DNA of 64,000 nucleotides from Candidatus Omnitrophota bacterium (GTDB taxonomy: Bacteria > Omnitrophota > Omnitrophia > Omnitrophales > Aquincolibacteriaceae), in NCBI GenBank assembly GCA_043718225.1, contig JAYSWD010000022.1:327-64326 (forward strand), written 5' to 3'. The notes below the pieces were generated by a model. That model ran no database searches. It worked only from the letters and a program-made list of their open reading frames with translations, and had not been told where the DNA came from. How positions within the stretch are numbered: position 1 is the stretch's first letter; every line of letters begins with the position of its first letter. Positions 26,433 to 36,022 of the stretch are shown here, piece after piece. A program made the translations under genes and the position numbers.

Positions 26433-27137
26433 ATGAAAAAGATTCTATTCGGGCTGTTTCTCACAGTAGTTGTCGCCGTTGTCGTGCTTTTTTTAGCAAG
26501 CAATGTCGTTTTGGCAGCAATTTTAAGCAGCGCGATCGGCGCGCCCGTTAAAGTCGGACGCGTCAGTTTGGGCCTTTCAGGCGCCGGAATCTATGACTTG
26601 GTTATTAATAACCCGAAGGGATTTCAAGAAAAAAGATTGGCTTCGATTCCGGAAGCATCAGTGGCCTATGATCTCGAAGCCTTTTTTAAAGGAAAGGTTC
26701 ATTTAAAACGAATCAAAATCGTCATGGATGAGGTCACGATCGAAAGAAACGGCGAGGGCAAATTCAATTTAATGGAAATTAAAGCCATGAAAAAGCCGCA
26801 GCAGGACCCGAAAGGAACAAAAGCGCCCGTGCCGCCGGCCGAACAGGAAAAAAAGGCGAAGCTGCCGCCTTTGCAAATCGATGAAATCGTTTTGGATCTT
26901 GATAAGGCGCGCTTTGCGAATGAAGGCACCGTCAAAGAATTTTCATTGGGAGTAAAAAATGAAACTTTCCACAACGTAACTTATGTGCCGACGTTGATCC
27001 GCGAAATTGTTTTTTTTATTTTAAAGAAAGTCGGCATGTCCGCTTTTCCCGCTAATCTTGACGCGCTTCTGAAAGGTTCGGGCGGACAAGTAGGCACAAT
27101 GGTAAACAAGTGGCTGGGTAAGCTGACTCAGGCATAA
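26433..27137 (+). CDS. N-terminally membrane-anchored hypothetical protein
   Basis: RBS-like tagggggc upstream. One TM helix (ILFGLFLTVVVAVVVLFLASNVVLAAIL). No motif recognised; there is a faint AsmA-N-like feel only. Confidence 0.6.
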   Translation: MKKILFGLFLTVVVAVVVLFLASNVVLAAILSSAIGAPVKVGRVSLGLSGAGIYDLVINNPKGFQEKRLASIPEASVAYDLEAFFKGKVHLKRIKIVMDEVTIERNGEGKFNLMEIKAMKKPQQDPKGTKAPVPPAEQEKKAKLPPLQIDEIVLDLDKARFANEGTVKEFSLGVKNETFHNVTYVPTLIREIVFFILKKVGMSAFPANLDALLKGSGGQVGTMVNKWLGKLTQA

Positions 27138-27166
27138 GATTTTGTTTTAAGTTTCGCTGTTAATTT

Positions 27167-28624
27167 ATGATGAAAGTTTTGCGACGGGTCGTTTTTTTTC
27201 TGTTTCTTGCCATTTTTCTCGCTGGAACTCCAAAAATTATTTTTTATGCTTTGGGTTACAGCTATCGCGGCGGAACCGAAAAGGGCCTGGTGCAAACCGG
27301 GCTGGTTTATTTATCCACGACTCCTCCCGGTGCCACGGTTTATGTGGGTGGGCGCCGCTACCGAGAACCCACACCGGCGATTATCCGCGACCTTCTTCCC
27401 GGTAATTATCCCGTTCGATTGGTTTTAAAAGACCATGAAATTTGGGCCAAAACAATTCCGGTGGAAGCCGCTAAGGCTTCCGTTCTCGGTAAAATTCTGG
27501 TTCAACCCAAAAAACCGGACTGGCGTATCCGCGTTTCCGGCCGATTTGAAAACTTAATACCCATTCCTGAAACTAATTACATTTTACTTAAAGATTCAAA
27601 AAAGGCCGGAACGATTCAAATTTATGACCGTAGGGACGAAAAAACCAGGCCGCTTTTTCTGGAAAATGGCGGCCGGGATTTCCAGATATCCGAGATATAC
27701 AGCGTCTCCGGAAGTGAACGCATCTTAATTGAGGCTGACGCCCAAAAAACGAAAAAATGGGCGTGGATTGATTTGGATAAAGAAGACCGGCCGCAAACGG
27801 GATGGGAAGAAATTTTTCCGTTTAAGCCAAAAAATATAGTTTGGTCCGCTAAAGATCCGCATTATCTTTTTGCGTTCAGCGATGGGTATTTAGGCCGGTT
27901 TGATACGGAAAAAAAGAGCTTTGTTCTTTTCCCTGAAAAAATCCGAGGATATGGAATGGATGACCGAAAACTTTTCCTTCTAACCAGAGAAAATAACTTT
28001 GTGAGCACTGACTTTTTGGATAAAAATCGCAAGCCTCTTTTACGCGATCAAAAGCCGCTTCAAGGTTTGGCAGAGCAAAAAGGTTTTTTTGAAATACATC
28101 ATCTTGCCGATGACAGCGCATTGTTTTTGGGCGACAAAGGACAATTGATCGCCGATCAACGTTCTGATCCTCTCGTTGAAAAGGGCGTGCGAGGTTTTCA
28201 TTTTGATAAAAAACACCGCAAAGTTTTGATTTGGACTGAAAATGCCATCGGAACAATAAGTTTTGCAAGAGAAAAAAAAGAACAGAACGGCGGCCGGCCC
28301 CAAAAAGTCGAATGGCTGTTAACCCAGGCCGGAAGTATTTTAAAAGCTTTTTGGGCGCATGACGGCTCGTATATTATTTTCCAGGACCAGAGCAAAGTGT
28401 TCCTCCTGGAGCTAGAGACTTTTGGCGCGCCCGCTCTCTATGAATTGCTTGAGACCAAAGGAGAAAGCCCTGTGTTTTATACCGATGATTCGGGGGAATT
28501 ATTTTATCTTGATAAAAACACGGGGAATTTAATGTCGCTTGAAGTGGTCCCGAAGTGGAAAGTTTTGGAAGTGCCCTTTTCCATTTTGAAAGAAAAGGAA
28601 AGAGAAGGCAAGGCGGCCGCATGA
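27167..28624 (+). CDS. PEGA-domain membrane-anchored protein
   Basis: TM helix followed by STTPPGATVYVGGRRYREPTPAIIRDLLPGNYPVRLVLKDHEIW (PEGA-type motif). The long C-terminal region is of unknown fold. Confidence 0.65.
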   Translation: MMKVLRRVVFFLFLAIFLAGTPKIIFYALGYSYRGGTEKGLVQTGLVYLSTTPPGATVYVGGRRYREPTPAIIRDLLPGNYPVRLVLKDHEIWAKTIPVEAAKASVLGKILVQPKKPDWRIRVSGRFENLIPIPETNYILLKDSKKAGTIQIYDRRDEKTRPLFLENGGRDFQISEIYSVSGSERILIEADAQKTKKWAWIDLDKEDRPQTGWEEIFPFKPKNIVWSAKDPHYLFAFSDGYLGRFDTEKKSFVLFPEKIRGYGMDDRKLFLLTRENNFVSTDFLDKNRKPLLRDQKPLQGLAEQKGFFEIHHLADDSALFLGDKGQLIADQRSDPLVEKGVRGFHFDKKHRKVLIWTENAIGTISFAREKKEQNGGRPQKVEWLLTQAGSILKAFWAHDGSYIIFQDQSKVFLLELETFGAPALYELLETKGESPVFYTDDSGELFYLDKNTGNLMSLEVVPKWKVLEVPFSILKEKEREGKAAA

Positions 28625-30252
28625 TCGATTTCAAATTTTCGCGCCAGGGCCTGGTGGGATCGGAAAAAAGGCTGGAAAGATTTTTTGAAATTCTGCCCGG
28701 TTTTACAAGCTGGAGCATTTTGACCGGGCTCTTAATGCTTACATTTTTTCAGCCCGTAGCCGCGGCCTTAATCATTATCGTTTTTAATTTCTACTGGCTG
28801 CTCCGCCTTTTTTACCTCACGCTGTTTTTGATGATTGCTTTTTTGAGGTTATCTTTGGAAGAGCAGACAAATTGGCTGCAGCGTGTTAAAAAAATCGACG
28901 ACCTCCGGCATTTGAATACGTTTGATCAACCCGGCGCCGAAGGTTGGAAAGCTCGGATTTCCGACTTGTTTTTGCAGAAAGAAATGGAGAATTTAAAAAA
29001 ATCAAATTCTTTTCCGCCGCTTTCCGCTGATATTTATCACCTTGTGATTGTGCCCGCGTTTAAAGAAACGCTGGAAGTGCTCGAGCCAGGAGTAAAAAGC
29101 TACGCTGAGGGAAGTTTCCCCGCGCGGCAAATTTTGATTGTTTTGGCGGTAGAAGGGCGGGCGAATGACGAAGTCAAAAAAGCGGCCGAAGATCTTCGCT
29201 TGAAATACAGTGCGGTTTTTTTTGATTTTCTGGTCGTCATTCATCCCGATGGGCTGGAAGGCGAAGCGCGGGTTAAAGGCGCGAATGCCACTTTTGCCGC
29301 GAAACAGGCGCGAAAGCACTTAGAAGAGCGGCGCGTTCCGGTTGAAAATGTGATCGTGTCTTGTTTTGACGCGGATACCGTCGTGAGCCCGAATTATTTT
29401 TCATGTTTGACCTATTGCTTTATGGCTTGTCCGGAAAGAGAACGCGCCAGCTTTCAGCCCATTCCCGTTTATCACAATAATATTTGGGAAGTCCCCGGCT
29501 TCGCGAGAATTCTGGAAATGGGAGCGTCTTTTTTTCAGCTCACCGAAGCGACGCATCCTGATCGTCTTGTGACATTTTCAAGCCACAGCATGAGTTTTAA
29601 AGCGCTTGTTGATGTCGGTTATTGGCCCGTTGATATGGTTTCGGATGATTCAGCAATTTTCTGGAAGGCCTTCATTCATTATGAAGGCGATTACCGCGCC
29701 ATTCCGATGTATGTCACGCTTTCGATGGATGTGGTCGATGCCGGTGGATGGTGGCAAACGTCGGTCAATGTTTATAAGCAAAAAAGGCGTTGGGCGTGGG
29801 GTGTTGAAAATTTTCCGATCGTGATGCGCGGTTTTTTAAAGCCGAGCAAAATCCCGGTTTTTGAGCGCATCCGCCACAGTTTTAAACTTTTTGAAGGCCA
29901 TATCGCCTGGTCAACATGGCCGCTTCTTTTGGGAATTATCGGCTGGCTCCCGGTTTTTTTCGCGGCGCAGGAATTTTCCGATTCCGTGCTTTATTATACG
30001 GCGCCAAGAATTTCGTCCGTTATTTTCAATCTGGCTTCGATATCCCTTTTGACGACAATTTTTTTAAGCCTCTCGCTTTTGCCTAAAAAGAAAATCAAAC
30101 ATTCATTTTTAAGGCACTGTCTGCACGCTTTGGAGTGGCTCGCGATTCCGGTCGTGGCGATTCTTTTCAGCGCTTTGCCGGCACTCGATGCGCAGACCCG
30201 CTTGATGCTCGGGAAGTATATGGAATTTTGGGTGACAGACAAAAGACGCTAG
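28621..30252 (+). CDS. Family-2 glycosyltransferase, membrane-integrated processive synthase type
   Basis: The ATG at 28621 overlaps the upstream stop (ATGA). VIVPAFKE, FDADT (DxD), SDDSA and QKRRWAWG (QxxRW) are flanked by N- and C-terminal TM helices. Confidence 0.75.
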   Translation: MIDFKFSRQGLVGSEKRLERFFEILPGFTSWSILTGLLMLTFFQPVAAALIIIVFNFYWLLRLFYLTLFLMIAFLRLSLEEQTNWLQRVKKIDDLRHLNTFDQPGAEGWKARISDLFLQKEMENLKKSNSFPPLSADIYHLVIVPAFKETLEVLEPGVKSYAEGSFPARQILIVLAVEGRANDEVKKAAEDLRLKYSAVFFDFLVVIHPDGLEGEARVKGANATFAAKQARKHLEERRVPVENVIVSCFDADTVVSPNYFSCLTYCFMACPERERASFQPIPVYHNNIWEVPGFARILEMGASFFQLTEATHPDRLVTFSSHSMSFKALVDVGYWPVDMVSDDSAIFWKAFIHYEGDYRAIPMYVTLSMDVVDAGGWWQTSVNVYKQKRRWAWGVENFPIVMRGFLKPSKIPVFERIRHSFKLFEGHIAWSTWPLLLGIIGWLPVFFAAQEFSDSVLYYTAPRISSVIFNLASISLLTTIFLSLSLLPKKKIKHSFLRHCLHALEWLAIPVVAILFSALPALDAQTRLMLGKYMEFWVTDKRR

Positions 30253-30267
30253 CGTCTTTTGTCTGTC
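30234..30267. repeat. Perfect 34-nt palindrome spanning the GT2 stop codon
   Basis: GACAGACAAAAGACGCTAGCGTCTTTTGTCTGTC is its own reverse complement. The TAG stop lies at its centre. Confidence 0.95.
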
Positions 30268-30292
30268 ATCCTCGCGCAGGCGGGGATCCAGT
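30265..30292 (+). repeat. Half copy of the GTCATCC-hairpin-GGATC REP-like element
   Basis: gtcatcctcgcgcaggcggggatccagt has the same ends and hairpin design as 52188..52215 and the minus strand of 43515..43553. Confidence 0.7.
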
Positions 30293-30380
30293 TCGCCGGC
30301 CGTAATTTTTTTGCTCTGCTATGCGCGTAATCGTTAATTTCGCTCTGTGCTGTGCGCAACCGCGGATACAATATCTACAA

Positions 30381-32324
30381 ATGAAGCGATTCTACTTTTT
30401 TATTTTGGCCGTTTTTTCTCTCTGTCCACTGTCAGAAGCGGCGACGGTTAAGCAGGCGCATACGGAAGTTGAGCTGATCGCGGATGTGGATACCGTGAAT
30501 CCCGGTTCTGCGTTTCGCGCCGGTGTTTTTTTCCGTATGGACCCGGAATGGCATATTTATTGGAAAAACCCCGGCGATTCCGGCATGACACCCGCAATTG
30601 AGTGGCAGCTTCCTTATGGTGTTTCCGCCGCCGGATTAGAATGGCCTGTCCCGGTTAAAATTGATTTGCCGCCGCTTTCAAGTTACGGCTATGAAGGTGA
30701 AGTTCTGCTTGCGGCGCCGTTTCGGGTTTTGGCTGAACGGCATGTTTCGGAAACAATCAATTTAAAAGCTAAAGTGGAATGGCTCGCATGCAAGGTGGAA
30801 TGCATTCCCGGCAATGCGGAATTAACGCTAGAGCTTCCCGCCGGGGGCACACCCCAGCCCGGGAAAAACATTCGATTGTTCACGGAAACACGCGCAAAAC
30901 TGCCGCTTCAGCAAACCGAGTGGCAGGCGCATGCCGCGCTTTCAGGCAAAAATATTCTCATTCGCATCCACCGGCCGCCTGCTTCTCAGCAAAGTTTTTC
31001 CGGACTTTATTTTTTTTCTGAAAATTCAGAATTGATTCAACATGCGGCTCCTCAGGGTTTTAAGAAAACAGCGCAGGGGTATGAGCTCAAAATCTTGATG
31101 GCCGTGACCCAGCCTCAAGCTTTGAACCGCCTGCGCGGCGTTTTAGTTTCATCCGAAGGTTGGCGAGGCAAAAACTCCGAAAAAGGCTGGGAAATTGATA
31201 TTCCGCTTGAGGCTCAGTTTGTCTCGGGAGCTTCTTCGCTTGGCGTTATGACAGCTGTTTTTTTCGCGTTTCTCGGCGGGCTTATTTTAAATCTGATGCC
31301 GTGTGTTTTGCCCGTGCTGTCGCTTAAAATTTTGGGATTCGTCCATGATGCGGATGAAAATCCAAAACGTGTTTTTACGCATGGACTTGTGTTTACAGCG
31401 GGAGTTTTGATTTCATTTTGGGTGTTGGCCGGAACGTTGATTATTTTACAGATGGCCGGCAATCAAATTGGCTGGGGATTTCAGCTGCAGTCGCCGTTTT
31501 TCGTCGGAGTTTTGAGCGTTGGTTTTTTTATTTTCGCGCTTAATCTTTTCGGATTGTTTGAAATCGGAGTTTCATTGACCGCCGCGGGACAATCTTGGCT
31601 TAGCCGCGGGGGATTAGCCGGTTCTTTCGCGAGCGGTGTCTTGGCGGTTTTGGTCGCGACGCCCTGCACGGCGCCTTTTATGGGCGCGGCACTGGGTTTT
31701 GCGTTATCACAACCGGCCTGGATCGCGCTGGCGGTTTTTACCGCGCTTGGATTAGGTTTGGCCGCGCCTTATTTACTGCTTTGCGCGAACCCGCGCTGGC
31801 TCAAATTTATTCCCAAGCCGGGCAAGTGGATGGTTAACCTCAAAAAATTTCTTGGTGTTTTACTTTTACTGACGTCTTTTTGGCTGTTTTGGGTTTTAAG
31901 TATTCAAACCGGTTTGCAGCAGCGTTTTTTTGAAGCGGTGGATGCAGGCGAAGACAAACATATGAATTGGAAACCTTACACAGAAGGGACATTGGCTGAA
32001 TTGCGCGAGCAGGGAAAGCCGGTATTTATTGATTTTACGGCGGCCTGGTGTTTAACCTGCCAGGTCAATGAGCGCGTTGCATTGGAGCGTAAAGAAATCG
32101 TGCGTTCTTTTAGAAAAGCGGGGATTACCGCGTTGAAAGCTGATTGGACCAATCGTGATCAAAATATTACCCGGGCATTGGCTGCTTATAACCGTAACAG
32201 CATCCCTTTTTACGTACTTTATCCTGGAAACGGCAAAGCGCCCATTATCCTTCCGGAAATTTTGACACCCGCGATCGTAAAAAAAGCCCTGCAAGATGCG
32301 GGGTTGCAAAACCCCAAAGATTGA
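30381..32324 (+). CDS. DsbD/ScsB-family thiol:disulfide interchange protein (protein-disulfide reductase)
   Basis: Signal peptide from the ATG at 30381. N-terminal HIYWKNPGDSG domain, a CcdA/DsbD TM core (NLMPCVLPVLSLKI ... ATPCTAPFMG) and a C-terminal thioredoxin fold with WCLTC. Confidence 0.8.
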   Translation: MKRFYFFILAVFSLCPLSEAATVKQAHTEVELIADVDTVNPGSAFRAGVFFRMDPEWHIYWKNPGDSGMTPAIEWQLPYGVSAAGLEWPVPVKIDLPPLSSYGYEGEVLLAAPFRVLAERHVSETINLKAKVEWLACKVECIPGNAELTLELPAGGTPQPGKNIRLFTETRAKLPLQQTEWQAHAALSGKNILIRIHRPPASQQSFSGLYFFSENSELIQHAAPQGFKKTAQGYELKILMAVTQPQALNRLRGVLVSSEGWRGKNSEKGWEIDIPLEAQFVSGASSLGVMTAVFFAFLGGLILNLMPCVLPVLSLKILGFVHDADENPKRVFTHGLVFTAGVLISFWVLAGTLIILQMAGNQIGWGFQLQSPFFVGVLSVGFFIFALNLFGLFEIGVSLTAAGQSWLSRGGLAGSFASGVLAVLVATPCTAPFMGAALGFALSQPAWIALAVFTALGLGLAAPYLLLCANPRWLKFIPKPGKWMVNLKKFLGVLLLLTSFWLFWVLSIQTGLQQRFFEAVDAGEDKHMNWKPYTEGTLAELREQGKPVFIDFTAAWCLTCQVNERVALERKEIVRSFRKAGITALKADWTNRDQNITRALAAYNRNSIPFYVLYPGNGKAPIILPEILTPAIVKKALQDAGLQNPKD

Positions 32325-32370
32325 ATAAGATAGCTTCTCCTGCGTCGAAGAAGCTAACAAGGAGTTTCCT

Positions 32371-32985
32371 ATGAAAAACAGATTTGCACTTATTTTGCCT
32401 TTGTTCGTATTGTTTTTAGCCGCAGCGGCTTTACCGCTGCATGCCGAAGTGGAAACGGGCGCAGCCGCACCTGATTTTTCTTTGACCGGCGTTGACGGTA
32501 AAACGCATTCTTTATCCGATTTCAAAGGCAAATTTGTCGTGCTGGAATGGGTCAATCACGGTTGTCCGTTTGTGGTAAAGCATTATGAAGGCGGTAACAT
32601 GCAAAACCTTCAAACCGCTTATACCGGTAAAGATGTTGTTTGGCTTTCAATCAATTCTTCAGCGGCCGGCAAAGAAGGCAGCATGACGCCTGAAGAATGG
32701 AAAAAAACACTCGCTGAAAAGAAATCCGCCGCGACGGCAACTTTGCTTGATCCGAACGGAATGGTCGGAAAATCTTATGGCGCCAAAACTACGCCGCATA
32801 TGTATATTATCAATCCGGAAGGCGTGTTGATTTATCAGGGCGCGATTGACAGTATTAAAAGCGCGGATGCCGAAGATGTGGCCAAGGCTCAAAATTATGT
32901 CAGCTCGGCTTTGGATGAAGCGTTGGCCGGCAAGCCGGTAACAACGGCAACGACAAAGTCTTACGGATGTTCAGTTAAATACTAA
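32371..32985 (+). CDS. Secreted thioredoxin-fold redoxin (AhpC/TSA-like)
   Basis: Signal peptide. FKGKFVVLEWVNHGCPFVVKHY is a redoxin-type active-site region. RBS aaggag upstream. Confidence 0.65.
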   Translation: MKNRFALILPLFVLFLAAAALPLHAEVETGAAAPDFSLTGVDGKTHSLSDFKGKFVVLEWVNHGCPFVVKHYEGGNMQNLQTAYTGKDVVWLSINSSAAGKEGSMTPEEWKKTLAEKKSAATATLLDPNGMVGKSYGAKTTPHMYIINPEGVLIYQGAIDSIKSADAEDVAKAQNYVSSALDEALAGKPVTTATTKSYGCSVKY

Positions 32986-33045
32986 AAGTTATTGCTTTGC
33001 GTCTGCATGTGCAGGCTTAGAGCAATAGTATTACAGGGGGATTGA

Positions 33046-33321
33046 ATGAAGAAGTTATCTGCGGTTTTTTTGGCTGCTTTTTTTGCGGCTTCCATGTTTG
33101 CAACCGGCACAGCGTATGCTGAGTCAGCTTGCAATGAAACTGCTTTGGATAAAGCTTGGGATTGGGCGACAACACTCGGAAAATCCGGCTTAGACAAAGA
33201 AACCAAGCTAGCGCAGAATAAAACCGAACGCGCTCAAAAATGCGCTGAAAAAATCGCAAAACAGGCGCAAAAAGACGCCGGTAAGGCGATTGACGGAATG
33301 CAGAAAAAGCTCGGGCTATAA
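33046..33321 (+). CDS. Small secreted Lys/Ala-rich hypothetical protein
   Basis: Signal peptide MKKLSAVFLAAFFAASMFATGTAYA, with RBS-like gggg upstream. Followed by a terminator. Confidence 0.55.
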   Translation: MKKLSAVFLAAFFAASMFATGTAYAESACNETALDKAWDWATTLGKSGLDKETKLAQNKTERAQKCAEKIAKQAQKDAGKAIDGMQKKLGL

Positions 33322-33399
33322 CAGTCTCTTTTCCTCTGCGGCTATGCCGCAACAGATAATAAATTTTATTTCTCTGGGTCGTTGACCCAACCGGAAAAA

Positions 33400-33436
33400 G
33401 GCCGCGGGATAAATCCCCGCGGCCTTTTTGTTTTTT
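33400..33436 (+). terminator. Rho-independent terminator
   Basis: GGCCGCGGG-ataaatc-CCCGCGGCC followed by TTTTTGTTTTTT. Confidence 0.8.
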
Positions 33437-33452
33437 AATGTAGAATCTCGCC

Positions 33453-33926
33453 ATGAATTTATTAAACGAAGATGCCTTGAACTTTCTTGAAAAGCGCGAA
33501 TTCGTTTATTTAGCCACATCCGATAAAGATGGCCATCCTTATGTGGCGCCTAAATTCCTTATCCATTTGAATGATGACCATATTTATTTGGCCGATTTTG
33601 TTTTTGGGCGCACGATTCAAAATTTAAAACTGCGTTCGCATGCGTCGCTCTCCGTCATCAATATGGACAGTCTCGTCGGATATCAAATCAACGGAACAGC
33701 CCAAGTATTCGAAGACGGCGAAGAATATCACAAAGCTTTGCCGCAAATCGAAAAACGGAAAATGTATTTTTCCGTGGAAAGAATCGTGGAAGGCGTGCGA
33801 GCGGGTAAGAAACACGCGCATTTTGAAGCGGCGTTTCCGTCGCGGTTAGCCGTGATTAAATTTACGATGAAAGAAGTGATTCATATCGCCCCGGACGGCC
33901 GCTTGGACAAGCTGAGCGGCAACTAA
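33453..33926 (+). CDS. Pyridoxamine 5'-phosphate oxidase-like FMN-binding split-barrel protein
   Basis: LEKREFVYLATSDKDGHPYVAPKF and ~157 aa size are typical of the family. Confidence 0.6.
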   Translation: MNLLNEDALNFLEKREFVYLATSDKDGHPYVAPKFLIHLNDDHIYLADFVFGRTIQNLKLRSHASLSVINMDSLVGYQINGTAQVFEDGEEYHKALPQIEKRKMYFSVERIVEGVRAGKKHAHFEAAFPSRLAVIKFTMKEVIHIAPDGRLDKLSGN

Positions 33927-33967
33927 GCTCTTGTCCCTTTACCGCTAAAACGCTAATATTTCCGCCA

Positions 33968-35188
33968 ATGAAACATTTAAGCGACGCTGAAAAATGGAAA
34001 CTGCTGCAGCAGACCAATGAATCGAAAGCGCAGGGCGCAACGCTTGACCAGGACGTGACCCATAATTTGGGCGTTGCCTACATGACCGAAACCGTCCAGC
34101 AGCTCTCCTCGGATTCCGCGGCTGATTTATTAAGAAGTTTGCCCGTTGATTTCGCTTCTAAAATTTTAACCGCGTTGCCCAACAGCCGCGCGCGGGATTT
34201 GCGGGAAATTTTAAGTTATCCCGAAAACTCTTCCGGCGCGATTATGGCCAAAGAATTTTTAGCCATTTCAGCCTGCACGCGCGTCAATGAAGCCATTGAA
34301 CTGTTGCAGAAAATTCCCAATGACCGCAAAGGGCGCGTGCCTTACGTTTACATTCTCGATAAGGAGAACCGGCTGGATGGGGTTGTTTCGATTAAAGATT
34401 TGGTTTTTAACACCCCGGATACGCCGCTGAACACGATTGCCGCGCGGCCCGCGCTTTCAGTCTCTGTGCACGCAAAACAGGAAGAAGCCGCCCGGTTGAT
34501 ACGGGAACAAAATCATCTGGCTATTCCGGTGGTTGATGCTACCGGAAGAATGACGGGCATTATTTCTGCGAACAATGTTTTGCAGGTTATGCAGGACCAG
34601 GCAGACCAGGACATCGCCAAAATGGTGGGTACGGATGCCGAGGAAATGACTTCCCATTCGCCGCTGAGGATTTTGCATCTGCGCCTTCCCTGGCTTTTAT
34701 TCAGTGTTGCCAGCGGCCTTTTTTGCGCGTTTATTTCCGAAGTTTTTCAGCATCATATGGCTGAGGTCGCCGTATTGTTTATTTTTGTGCCGGTGATTCT
34801 CGGAATTTCCGAGAGCACCGGTATTCAAGGCGCGACGATCGTCGTCCGCAGCCTCAGTATGCGCGCCATGTCACTTAACGAACTCTTCAGGCTCATGGGC
34901 CGCGAAATTTTGGTCGGCATCATGATCGGGATTATTTGCGGAATTATTGTGGGCATCGTGACCTCCTTTTGGCAGGGAAATCACGCGCTCGGAATTGCGA
35001 TCGCGGTTTCGATGAATGTGGCCGTTCTTATTTCGGCCATGATCGGGCTTGTACTGCCGGTTATTTTTAAAACACTTAAGATGGATCCCGCCGTTGCTTC
35101 GGGGCCGCTCGTGCTCGCGTTATGCGATATACAGACATTGGGCGTTTATTTTTTCTTGGCCGGAAAAATTCTTCAATCCGCGCAATGA
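33968..35188 (+). CDS. mgtE: Magnesium transporter MgtE
   Basis: MgtE N-domain (AADLLRSLPVDFASKILTALP), a CBS pair, and a C-terminal five-helix TM domain with the DxxGxxxF-like ending. Confidence 0.85.
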   Translation: MKHLSDAEKWKLLQQTNESKAQGATLDQDVTHNLGVAYMTETVQQLSSDSAADLLRSLPVDFASKILTALPNSRARDLREILSYPENSSGAIMAKEFLAISACTRVNEAIELLQKIPNDRKGRVPYVYILDKENRLDGVVSIKDLVFNTPDTPLNTIAARPALSVSVHAKQEEAARLIREQNHLAIPVVDATGRMTGIISANNVLQVMQDQADQDIAKMVGTDAEEMTSHSPLRILHLRLPWLLFSVASGLFCAFISEVFQHHMAEVAVLFIFVPVILGISESTGIQGATIVVRSLSMRAMSLNELFRLMGREILVGIMIGIICGIIVGIVTSFWQGNHALGIAIAVSMNVAVLISAMIGLVLPVIFKTLKMDPAVASGPLVLALCDIQTLGVYFFLAGKILQSAQ

Positions 35189-35230
35189 CAGCGATTTTTT
35201 GATGTTGAAAAATAAACCAAAGGGAATATT

Positions 35231-35461
35231 TTGGAAGAAACAGCCGAGCATATAGAAGGCCGCGACTTTTGGAAGAAATGCAATATTTGTAAAAAAGAAA
35301 TTTTATTCAACGCGGCCTATTATCTTTGCTCCGTTAGCACCTGCCGCAGTAAACGCATGGGCATGACTTTTTGTTCTGCGGCTTGTTACGATGTTCATCT
35401 CGGCTATGTTCCGCACCGGTCTTCTTATTGCGAAGAAGAAAAGTCTCCTGCTAAAGCGTAG
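35231..35461 (+). CDS. Small Cys/His-rich putative zinc-finger protein
   Basis: CNIC-x13-CSVSTC-x10-CSAAC-x3-H-x5-H spacing. The start is non-ATG (TTG) and no clear RBS is seen. Confidence 0.35.
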   Translation: MEETAEHIEGRDFWKKCNICKKEILFNAAYYLCSVSTCRSKRMGMTFCSAACYDVHLGYVPHRSSYCEEEKSPAKA

Positions 35462-35478
35462 AAACAAGTTTGGTATGA

Positions 35479-35558
35479 GCTTATAAAACAATTCTAACTT
35501 ACTCAAACAGTTGTGTCCTTTGGCACAAAACTCGTAAGTTCGAATTATTTTTATAAGC
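35479..35558 (+). other. Nested three-helix stem-loop (possible terminator or small RNA)
   Basis: GCTTATAAAA/TTTTATAAGC (35479-88 / 35549-58), AACTTAC/GTAAGTT (35496-502 / 35534-40), TTGTG/CACAA (35511-15 / 35524-28). Confidence 0.4.
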
Positions 35559-36022
35559 CTTCTCCGCTATCTGGGTGTGGGGCAATAAACAGAGAAACAA
35601 GGCTTCGTGTGCAAAGGCGATAGAGATGCAGCCTTGATCTTTTCAGCCTTAGCCCTCAAGGCTATCTAAGTAGTTTCCTATGATGCTTTTTTTCATTCCT
35701 GTTTAAACCGGAATGAAAAAAGACAAAAATGGAAAGCTTGGCTGCTGAGGTTGGGGCCGGGTGTGTGGCAGATATAATTCAATGAGCCTTCGATCGATTG
35801 AGAGTTCAAAGCCTAGCTTTTCTCATTATATCCACAACCCGCAGGTTAAGTTTATGACAGAAAAGGTTAATTCTTGTGCCGCGAGTTCCGCAGCCGAAGG
35901 CGAGGACTGTTTGAGCGGAGCAAGAATTTAGCCTTTGATGTTTGATTTCGAATGCAATACAACAGGATTATTTCTTTCGGTTCGTGATATGATATTTTCA
36001 TAAAATTCACCAAGGAGAAATT

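Noticed and set aside
28555-28620. N-terminal extensions offered by the ORF track: 28555 for the GT2 gene, 30321 for DsbD, 46062 for tsaB, 48286 for the receiver and 60747 for the EF-hand protein.
   Set aside because: In each case a downstream ATG gives a better model: stop/start overlap (ATGA), a start at the signal peptide or conserved N-terminus, or a preceding Shine-Dalgarno. The extensions overlap upstream genes or add non-homologous residues.
32052-32555. A 167-aa minus-strand ORF bridging the DsbD-like and redoxin genes.
   Set aside because: It is antisense to two motif-supported genes and crosses their intergenic RBS.
33017-33454. A 145-aa minus-strand ORF covering the small secreted-protein gene.
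   Set aside because: The plus-strand ORF has a textbook signal peptide, an upstream purine-rich RBS and a downstream terminator. The minus ORF has none of these and runs through the terminator hairpin.
35534-35548. The GTTCGAAT string resembles a tRNA T-loop.
   Set aside because: The flanking 5-nt segments are not complementary, and no acceptor or anticodon stems can be drawn. The motif is instead part of a nested stem-loop.
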